The notes beneath the pieces are model-generated. The model made no database searches. It was not told the DNA's origin and saw only the letters and a program-made list of their open reading frames with translations. Shown here piece after piece: positions 20,699-27,838 of a stretch of 64,000 nucleotides of DNA. The position numbers and the translations under genes were made by a program. The stretch comes from Candidatus Magasanikiibacteriota bacterium (lineage in GTDB: Bacteria > Patescibacteriota > Patescibacteriia > Magasanikbacterales > UBA922): NCBI GenBank assembly GCA_002716765.1, contig PBBY01000012.1, forward strand, positions 18,321 to 82,320. The letters run 5' to 3'. How positions within the stretch are numbered: the first letter of the stretch is position 1; each line of letters begins with the position of its first letter.

Positions 20699-21949
20699 AT
20701 GCAAAAATTACGAACGTGGCTTAAAAAACACCACATTATCTATGTAAATCGCTCTTTTGAGCGGGCTTATGGAATGGATCTGTCTATTCCTGATTTTTCT
20801 ATTATCTCAAACATAAGTGAATTTGCCAAGCAGCACAAACAAGACAGATCACATATTGTGCTCATAAAAGATGCCACACTTTTGGACTCTTGGCAACTTT
20901 TAACGCATCCAAAAGCATTAACATACATTACCGAAAAAAAACAAAAGCAATTTGGAGGTGTAGTCATTTTTAAAAATAATAAAAAAATAGAGCGAATTTG
21001 TGCAAAAAATAACATACCACTCCTTAATCCACCAGCAGATTTGGTAAACACTATAGAACAAAAAATCTCACAAGTAGCATGGCTTAATGAATTACAGAAA
21101 TACTTACCTCCAACACAAATTGATATATGTAAAAACATATCATGGAACTTTGAGCCATTTGTTTTACAATTTAACCAAGGGCACACCGGGAGTGGAACCA
21201 CTCTTATTGAACATGAAAAACAGTTACAAGAATTACAAAAAAGATTCCCGGAAAGACCTGTAAGAATTTCTGCATATATTCGTGGTACTACATTTACCTG
21301 CAATACCATCGTTTCCAAAGACGCAGTACATGTTGGTTCATTGAGCTACCAAATTACTGGACTTATGCCGTTTACTAACACACAATTTGCGACCATTGGT
21401 AATGACTGGCAATTACCGCATACTATATTATCTTACGAACAACAAGCAATAAGCAAAGAAATAGCAAATGCAGTTGGAAAAAAAATGCAACAAGAAGGAT
21501 GGCGCGGTGCTTTTGGTATAGATGTTATTGTAGAAGAACAAACTGGAAACGTGAATCTATTAGAAATCAACGCAAGACAAGCGGCATCAGTTACATTTGA
21601 GTCACAATTACAGCAATATGCCGCGCCAAAAAGCGCAAATAACCTTATGACCACATTTGAAGCGCATATTGCCGCTCTTGCAGGACTTAGCACAAAAGAT
21701 CACAAACTGATTCCCGTAAAAACAGGCGCACAAATTGTTTTACGATTATGGGAAAAAACAAAAAAAGTAGAACAAGCGCAATTAAAAAAAGAATTAGAGG
21801 ATGCCGGCTTTTTCATTATTTCTTATAGATCAGATGCACCTGGTTCGGATATGCTGCGGATACAGAGCAAAGAAAGTATTATGGAAAAACATGCCACGTT
21901 TAACACAGTAGGGGGAAAGATCATGACCATTATAGAAAAATATTTATGA
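20699..21949 (+). CDS. ATP-grasp family ligase of unknown specificity
   Basis: The C-terminal half shows the ATP-grasp pattern (WRGAFGIDVIVEEQTGNVNLLEINARQAAS). The start is set at the ATG at 20699, because the ORF-track TTG at 20660 coincides with the -35 box. The stop overlaps the next gene's ATG (ATGA). Confidence 0.7.
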   Translation: MQKLRTWLKKHHIIYVNRSFERAYGMDLSIPDFSIISNISEFAKQHKQDRSHIVLIKDATLLDSWQLLTHPKALTYITEKKQKQFGGVVIFKNNKKIERICAKNNIPLLNPPADLVNTIEQKISQVAWLNELQKYLPPTQIDICKNISWNFEPFVLQFNQGHTGSGTTLIEHEKQLQELQKRFPERPVRISAYIRGTTFTCNTIVSKDAVHVGSLSYQITGLMPFTNTQFATIGNDWQLPHTILSYEQQAISKEIANAVGKKMQQEGWRGAFGIDVIVEEQTGNVNLLEINARQAASVTFESQLQQYAAPKSANNLMTTFEAHIAALAGLSTKDHKLIPVKTGAQIVLRLWEKTKKVEQAQLKKELEDAGFFIISYRSDAPGSDMLRIQSKESIMEKHATFNTVGGKIMTIIEKYL

Positions 21950-22722
21950 TAACTAAATACATCGAAAAACCCGCAATGACTATTATCGATACTTTTTTGC
22001 ATTTACCTATTAAAAACAACGTTATTTCTTGTCCATATTTTAATAATAAAGTGACAAAAGCTCGTGCTGGTTTGCGAGTTAACCTAGGAAAAGGTTCACC
22101 AGAAGATATTAAACAAGAAATCACTATTATTGCACAAAAAAAACATATTGATCTAGATCAACTTTCTCGGGACGATATAAAACGATTTTTTGTAGATAAC
22201 AATATTGGTATTGATTGCTCTGGTCTTGCTTATTACATTCTTAATGCACAAGCAATATCTCAAACAGAAAAACCATTACGAAGATTCTTATCTTTTCCAA
22301 AAACACACAATCCATTACGAAAACTTATTCGTAGATTTCGGCCAATAGAAAATACCAACGTAAAAGTATTTGCAGACAATACAAACAGTCAAACTATTGC
22401 ACTAAAAAATGTTCGACCTGGAGACATAATTACTATGATTGGCACAGGAAAAAATCACGATCTTGACCACATTCTTGTGATTCATGAAGTGGAGTATGAT
22501 GAAGATATGCCAAAAAAGATATACTACACCCATAGCCTAAAATGGTTTGCCGACGGAAAACATAATCACGGAGTCAAGCAAGGCAGCATTACGATTACCG
22601 AACCGCAACAAGATATAACAAAACAGTTATGGGAAGAATCTGGTAAAAAAGACAAAGAAAATGAAACACTCTGGCGCGCCAAGACTGCCAATAAAATAGC
22701 GCTCCGTCGATTACGCATATAA
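21946..22722 (+). CDS. Putative NlpC/P60-type (papain-like) cysteine peptidase/amidase with an uncharacterised N-terminal region
   Basis: Has a catalytic-type Cys context (GIDCSGLAYYILN), a downstream His (LDHILVIHEV) and YYTHS. The N-terminal ~90 aa (CPYFNN...GKGSPEDI) are not recognised. It overlaps the upstream gene by 4 nt. Confidence 0.5.
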   Translation: MITKYIEKPAMTIIDTFLHLPIKNNVISCPYFNNKVTKARAGLRVNLGKGSPEDIKQEITIIAQKKHIDLDQLSRDDIKRFFVDNNIGIDCSGLAYYILNAQAISQTEKPLRRFLSFPKTHNPLRKLIRRFRPIENTNVKVFADNTNSQTIALKNVRPGDIITMIGTGKNHDLDHILVIHEVEYDEDMPKKIYYTHSLKWFADGKHNHGVKQGSITITEPQQDITKQLWEESGKKDKENETLWRAKTANKIALRRLRI

Positions 22723-22769
22723 ACACTCCTTGAAACAATAGCGTTTTTATGCTATTATAATCCCTATCT

Positions 22770-23903
22770 ATGATACTCACAGAATCAACAATACACGTAT
22801 TACAGACCGCTCTTGGCTTTGGCGCAATTGCCAGTATTGTGTCATTTCTTTGGGCACCAGTCCTAATTGCTTTTTTATACAAATATAATATTATCAGAAA
22901 TCCAGAATACGACGCATCGCTTGCAATGGGTGCAAGAAAAAGCAAGGCTGGTGTACCAGTTATGGGTGGACTGCTGGTTATTGTAACGGTTGCTGCCATT
23001 ACCATGATTTTTAACTGGGAGAGAAGCTTTACGTGGGTGCCGATTGGTGTAATGCTTCTTTCTGCCACACTTGGTGGAGTAGATGATCTGCTCAACATCT
23101 TTAATCAAAAAAAACGAAGGAACAGAAAGTTGCGGCAGATTTTTACCCTTATAAAAGTCCACAAAAATACCTGGTATAGAATTTGGCTGGTTATTACACT
23201 TCCTTGGTCTATGTTTAAACGCACATCACTTTGGCTTGGCTCACACCCTGGAAAAGGATTACATGTTCATGAAAGACTGCTTACAGAATTTATTGCCGGA
23301 GCCATAGCTGCGTGGTGGATTTATGTAAAACTTGGAAAACATTGGCAAAACATTGCTATTCCATTTGATGGAACTGTCGATATTAGTTGGCTTATTATAC
23401 CGTTTGTCATATTTTTTGTTGTTGCAACCGCCAATGCTGTAAACATGGCAGACGGTATGGATGGTTTAGCTGGAGGCGCCTTGATTATTACATTTTCCGC
23501 ACTCACGATATTAAGCTGGATAGAAGGATATGGAGAAATTGCAATTCTAAACGCAACCACAACTGGTGCGTTGTTAACGTATACCTATTTTAATATTAAA
23601 CCAGCACGGTTCCAAATGGGTGACGTTGGTTCTCTTGGTCTTGGATCACTCCTTGCAATCAATACTATTGTTATAAACCACATGCTTCTGTTACCGCTTC
23701 TTGGGTTTATTTTTTATGTGGAACTTGCCAGTGTTATTATTCAAATTTTAGGGCGATATATTTTAGGAAAACGTATTTTTACTATGGCACCAATTCACCA
23801 CCATTTTGAAATGCGTGGCTGGAGTGAAGAAAAAACTGTTATGCGGTTTTGGATAATCCATGCCATGGTAGTATTATTCGGATTATGGGTTGCCTTGCAC
23901 TAA
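22770..23903 (+). CDS. mraY: Phospho-N-acetylmuramoyl-pentapeptide transferase MraY
   Basis: Ten-TM protein with MraY motifs: GGVDDLLNI, NAVNMADGMDGLAGG, PARFQMGDVGSLGLG, and APIHHHFEMRGWSE. Confidence 0.93.
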   Translation: MILTESTIHVLQTALGFGAIASIVSFLWAPVLIAFLYKYNIIRNPEYDASLAMGARKSKAGVPVMGGLLVIVTVAAITMIFNWERSFTWVPIGVMLLSATLGGVDDLLNIFNQKKRRNRKLRQIFTLIKVHKNTWYRIWLVITLPWSMFKRTSLWLGSHPGKGLHVHERLLTEFIAGAIAAWWIYVKLGKHWQNIAIPFDGTVDISWLIIPFVIFFVVATANAVNMADGMDGLAGGALIITFSALTILSWIEGYGEIAILNATTTGALLTYTYFNIKPARFQMGDVGSLGLGSLLAINTIVINHMLLLPLLGFIFYVELASVIIQILGRYILGKRIFTMAPIHHHFEMRGWSEEKTVMRFWIIHAMVVLFGLWVALH

Positions 23904-23904
23904 T

Positions 23905-24567
23905 ATGACCAATTATCTTAACTGGAAGCAAGAAACAATTACCGACGTGTCTGCAGAACATATTACCAATATGTATAACCAAGGTTTTGTTTTTACCCGC
24001 CGTGGAAAAGGGGCAATGGATCAAACAAGAAGCATGCGGATAGATTTGAATCAGTTTAAATTAACAAGCGAAAATAAGCGGATCTTGCGAAAAACAGCAG
24101 ATATTTCTCTTTCTACCCACACTATTCCTTATTCTGATTACCATTGGTCAATCGGAAAGGTTGCAAAAGATTTTTATGAAACAAAATTTGGTAAAAAAAC
24201 ATTTTCTGCAAATGCAGTAAAAAAATGCCTAACAAACGCAAAAGAAACAAATTTTACCACACTCCTTGTCTACAAAAAAGACGATACTGTTATTGGCTAT
24301 GCCATAAGTTATGAAAACACAGACATACTACATTACTCCTATCCATTTTACCTGCTAGATTTTCCTAATAATAATCTTGGGATGGGAATGATGGTAAAAG
24401 CCATAGTTCACGCAAAAGAAACCGGAAAAAAACATATTTACCTTGGTTCTGCACAAAGAAAGAGTGATGTCTATAAATTACAATTTAAAAGATTGCAATG
24501 GTTTACTGGTAAAATTTGGTGCGATGACTTGGAAGCCTTAAAACACATATTGAATACTACCTCATAA
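23905..24567 (+). CDS. ATE/Bpt-like (arginyl/leucyl-tRNA-protein transferase C-domain-like) GNAT-fold transferase
   Basis: Resembles the ATE_C pattern: KLTSENKRILRKTADISL..., ...ISYENTDILHYSYPFY..., ...HIYLGSAQRKSDVYKLQFKRLQWFTGKIW. The family consensus is ...YLGY...M.YK..F.P.E...G.W. It lacks the N-terminal Cys-rich ATE_N motif. The ATG at 23905 is 1 nt after the mraY stop. Confidence 0.55.
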   Translation: MTNYLNWKQETITDVSAEHITNMYNQGFVFTRRGKGAMDQTRSMRIDLNQFKLTSENKRILRKTADISLSTHTIPYSDYHWSIGKVAKDFYETKFGKKTFSANAVKKCLTNAKETNFTTLLVYKKDDTVIGYAISYENTDILHYSYPFYLLDFPNNNLGMGMMVKAIVHAKETGKKHIYLGSAQRKSDVYKLQFKRLQWFTGKIWCDDLEALKHILNTTS

Positions 24568-24569
24568 TT

Positions 24570-25964
24570 ATGACTAATACAAAACACATACATTTTATTG
24601 GAATCTGCGGCGTTGCCATGAGTGCCTTGGCTTTAGCGCTTCATAAAAAAGGGTATGTTGTTACCGGGAGTGATAAAGGGTTTTATCCACCAGTTTCCAC
24701 AAAACTAAAAGAGTCTGGTATTGTGTTTTACCCAGGATGGCATGTAGAAAAAATGACAAAAGAAGGTAATCCTGATTTAGTTGTTGTAGGAAATGTTGCC
24801 TCCTCAACAAATCCTGAATTGTTGTATATACAAGAAAAAAACATTGCATACAAATCGTATCCAGAATTTATTGCTGAATTTTTAATAAAAGAGCATTCTA
24901 TTGTATGTGCCGGAAACTTTGGAAAAACATCCTCCTCCGCCCTACTTTCTTGGCTACTCAAAGAAAATGACTATAATCCAAGCTATATGTTTGGCGGACT
25001 TGCGGCCCATGATTTTCCATCCGCAGAAATAACCGATAGCACCTATTCTGTTCTTGAAGGAGATGAATATAAAACTGCCAGATGGGATAATCGGCCAAAA
25101 TTTATGTTGTATTCCCCTACTCATTTATTACTTACTTCAATTTCCTGGGACCACGCTGATTTATACCCAACAGAAGAACTATACATGAAGCAATTTAAGC
25201 ACCTGATTTCTCTTGTACCAAAAAGTGGGGTTATTGTTGCATGTGCAGAAGGAAAGCATGTAAAGGAATATGTAACAAAATCCCAATCTCGTGTTGTGTT
25301 TTACGGAAAAGGAAAAGAAAGTGATTATTACTACACAAACATAGAAAGCACAAAAGATGGTCTTCGTTTTGATATTATTACCAATAATACTACGCATCAC
25401 ATCTCTTCCCCACTTCTTGGGACATTTATGGTAGAGAATATTTGTGGCGCATTTGCTATGGCGTGCGAACTTGGAATAAAACCAGAAAATTGCATACAGA
25501 CTATTACCACCTTTTCAGGGATTAAACGACGTTTAGAAAAACGATGCGATAGAGGTGTTGTTGTTTTTGATGATATTGCACACTCACCAGAAAAAGCTGC
25601 TTCAGCGCTTTCTACATTGCGATCTGTATATAGTGGCAATATTACTGCGATTTATGAACCAAATACCGGCAACAGAAATACGGAGTCTATTCCACAATAT
25701 GCAGACGCATTTGCAAACGCAAACACCGTTATTATCCCACGACTAAGTAAGGTAAAACAGGACCCAAATAAACCAGCTATTATGGATGGAGGTGCGTTAA
25801 CAGAAGTTATTGGAAAAACGCACCCAAACACACAATACATACCAAATGATGATGATCTTGTGGCACATCTTATTCAAAATACCAAAAAAGAAGACGTGAT
25901 AGTCTTCCTTGGTTCTCATGGATTTAGAGGTATGATAGAGGCTACCTGCGAAAAACTTAGGTAA
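24570..25964 (+). CDS. mpl: Mpl-type Mur ligase (UDP-MurNAc:preformed murein peptide ligase-like)
   Basis: Reads HIHFIGICGVAMSALALALHKKGYVVTGSDKGFYPPVSTKL, GNFGKTSSS, VLEGDEYKTARWDNRPKF, SWDHADLY, DDIAHSP and EPNTGNR. By eye these align with E. coli Mpl landmarks (GSDxxxYPPMST, EADEYDxAFFDKRSKF, EFDHADIF, DDFAHHP, EPRSNT) better than with MurC. Confidence 0.75.
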   Translation: MTNTKHIHFIGICGVAMSALALALHKKGYVVTGSDKGFYPPVSTKLKESGIVFYPGWHVEKMTKEGNPDLVVVGNVASSTNPELLYIQEKNIAYKSYPEFIAEFLIKEHSIVCAGNFGKTSSSALLSWLLKENDYNPSYMFGGLAAHDFPSAEITDSTYSVLEGDEYKTARWDNRPKFMLYSPTHLLLTSISWDHADLYPTEELYMKQFKHLISLVPKSGVIVACAEGKHVKEYVTKSQSRVVFYGKGKESDYYYTNIESTKDGLRFDIITNNTTHHISSPLLGTFMVENICGAFAMACELGIKPENCIQTITTFSGIKRRLEKRCDRGVVVFDDIAHSPEKAASALSTLRSVYSGNITAIYEPNTGNRNTESIPQYADAFANANTVIIPRLSKVKQDPNKPAIMDGGALTEVIGKTHPNTQYIPNDDDLVAHLIQNTKKEDVIVFLGSHGFRGMIEATCEKLR

Positions 25965-25965
25965 T

Positions 25966-26130
25966 CTATTTTCCTTCGTCCATTATATCAACAGACACTG
26001 ATCCGTCACTAATCTCCGTTACTAAAAGTGTTATTCCACACATTTGACACTCTACTACCGAATCAACAGCAACAGAACTAAAAGATGATAGATCAACTTG
26101 ATTTTTACACTCAATACAGGTAAGATTCAT
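25966..26130 (-). CDS. 54-aa zinc-ribbon mini-protein with LysW-like architecture
   Basis: Below the ORF-track cutoff. My translation is MNLTCIECKNQVDLSSFSSVAVDSVVECQMCGITLLVTEISDGSVSVDIMDEGK. It has a CxxC...CxxC ribbon followed by an acidic tail. A good promoter lies upstream. Confidence 0.45.
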   Translation of the reverse strand: MNLTCIECKNQVDLSSFSSVAVDSVVECQMCGITLLVTEISDGSVSVDIMDEGK

Positions 26131-26160
26131 AGGAAAGTTATATTACAAATAGTATGATTC

Positions 26161-26189
26161 ACTATACCAAATTATCGTATTTTTTTCAA
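26161..26189 (-). promoter_or_regulatory. Sigma70-type promoter for the zinc-ribbon sORF
   Basis: The minus strand reads TTGAAA (26189-26184), a 17-nt spacer, then TGgTATAGT (26169-26161). Confidence 0.5.
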
Positions 26190-26202
26190 TCCCTTGCAAA
26201 AT

Positions 26203-27087
26203 ATGTTAGTCACCCCGCAACAAAACAATAAAAACCTTGCGAAGCACTTTAGTCTACCAAATCTCTTTATAAAAAGAGAAGATCTTCACCCATACACATC
26301 TCACAAAGGCCGTGCGATTCCTTTTATGATTGAACACCATATAACAAAAGATACGGTTCGGGAGTTTACTATATCTTCAACAGGAAACGCCGCACTTGCC
26401 GCTATTCTATTTGTGAAAAAGTATAATAGACAAAACACAAAAAAACCGATCACTCTTACCGTGTATGTTGGAAAGAGAATTCCAGAAAAAAAATATGAAA
26501 AATTGTTACAAGAGATTTCCGATAAACATATCCACTTGTTTCAAGTAGAACGACCAAAGAAAACGGCATTTCAAAAAGGACAAGAAGAAGGTGTTATCTT
26601 TTTACGACAATCTACCAACCCCACAGCACTTATAGGCTACAACTCGCTTGCAGAAGAATTAGACACAATACCACAGCTTGGTGCAATTTTTATACCAACA
26701 TCTTCTGGAACCACAGCACAGGCTTTGGGAGAATGGTTCTATCTAAAACAAAAAGATGTGCAAATTCACATTGTTCAAACTACGGCATGCAGCCCGATAG
26801 CAAAAAGATTTGACACAAACTACACACAAACACCAACATCTTTAGCAAACTGCATTGGTGATGTGGTGGCACACAGAAAAGAATCTGTGGTAGAGATAAT
26901 TAAAAAGACGGAAGGCTTTGGTTGGGTAGTAGATGATACAATTATCAAGGAAGCACAAAAACTTCTTTCAGCAAATAATATTGAGGCAACACCAAATGGT
27001 GCGTTATCGGTTGCTGGTCTTATAAAGGCAAAAAAGCAAGGATGGGGAACAAAAAAAAATGTGGTGTGTATTATTTCTGGAATATAA
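26203..27087 (+). CDS. PLP-dependent enzyme of the tryptophan-synthase-beta fold (threonine synthase / cysteine synthase-like)
   Basis: Has LFIKREDLHPYTSHKGRA (compare NPTGSFKDR, with the PLP-binding Lys), ISSTGNAALAAI and PTSSGTTAQ. The ATG at 26203 is preferred over the TTG at 26194. Confidence 0.65.
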   Translation: MLVTPQQNNKNLAKHFSLPNLFIKREDLHPYTSHKGRAIPFMIEHHITKDTVREFTISSTGNAALAAILFVKKYNRQNTKKPITLTVYVGKRIPEKKYEKLLQEISDKHIHLFQVERPKKTAFQKGQEEGVIFLRQSTNPTALIGYNSLAEELDTIPQLGAIFIPTSSGTTAQALGEWFYLKQKDVQIHIVQTTACSPIAKRFDTNYTQTPTSLANCIGDVVAHRKESVVEIIKKTEGFGWVVDDTIIKEAQKLLSANNIEATPNGALSVAGLIKAKKQGWGTKKNVVCIISGI

Positions 27088-27789
27088 TTATACTTCTTCG
27101 GCCGCTTTCATAACCGTAAGAATGTTCTCTCCTGTACCAATACTACTAACCTCTCCTTTTTTTGTATAATATTGTGTTATAATTTGTAAACCCACTTCAT
27201 TTGCTAATTCGTGCAATTCTTCAAATAGAAACCCGTGGTAAAATCTCATACCAAGAATCTGTCCATCTTTATTTTTCCATGGAATAGAAAAGTTGCCACC
27301 ACCATTGGACGTATATTTTTGTCTCGCCCAATCACTATACAAATTCCAATTCATCATTACAATAGTACCACCAGGTTTTAATATTCTGCGCATTTCCATT
27401 AACGCATCGACACGAAAATCCCGGCTTGGTAAATGCTGAAACGCAGCTATGCAAAATACTGTATCAGCGATACTGTCTTGTAATGTTGTTTTAACCATAT
27501 TGTTAACAAAAAATCGCCCTTCTGGAAAACGCTCTCTTGCAATATTTATTAGATTTTTACTTTGGTCTATGCCAATATAATTTACATCCAAATTCCAAAA
27601 TAGCTGACTCAGTCGCCCATTTCCACAACCAACATCCACGACAGTATTCCCCTTTTCCACATATGCACGTAAATCTTTTAGGTCATGCCAAAGAAATGTT
27701 CTTGTTTTAGAAAAATCCTTTGCAATAGTATTGTACACTGCAACATTCTGTTCTAAAATTTGTTTTGCCTTATAATCCGTCATACACAT
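27088..27789 (-). CDS. Class I SAM methyltransferase, Trm9/ALKBH8-MT-like
   Basis: Reads VYNTIAKDFSKTRTFLW (compare yeast Trm9 VYNEIAPHFSQTRYKPW), VVDVGCGNG, IAAFQHLPSRDFRVDAL..LKPGG..MNW and IPW. It is divergent from elp3. Confidence 0.6.
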   Translation of the reverse strand: MCMTDYKAKQILEQNVAVYNTIAKDFSKTRTFLWHDLKDLRAYVEKGNTVVDVGCGNGRLSQLFWNLDVNYIGIDQSKNLINIARERFPEGRFFVNNMVKTTLQDSIADTVFCIAAFQHLPSRDFRVDALMEMRRILKPGGTIVMMNWNLYSDWARQKYTSNGGGNFSIPWKNKDGQILGMRFYHGFLFEELHELANEVGLQIITQYYTKKGEVSSIGTGENILTVMKAAEEV

Positions 27790-27838
27790 ATAATAATATT
27801 GACTAAGATAGCATATTCGTGGTTATATTACAAGTACT

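Noticed and set aside
20767-21318. 183-aa minus-strand ORF inside the ATP-grasp gene. Similar long antisense ORFs occur at 22595-23098, 28837-29304, 29991-30410, 11132-11563, 13332-13769 and 50490-50936.
   Set aside because: Each lies fully within, or straddles, a well-supported gene on the other strand. Their compositions are Cys/Ser/Phe-rich and non-protein-like, they carry no motifs, and they have no promoter or SD.
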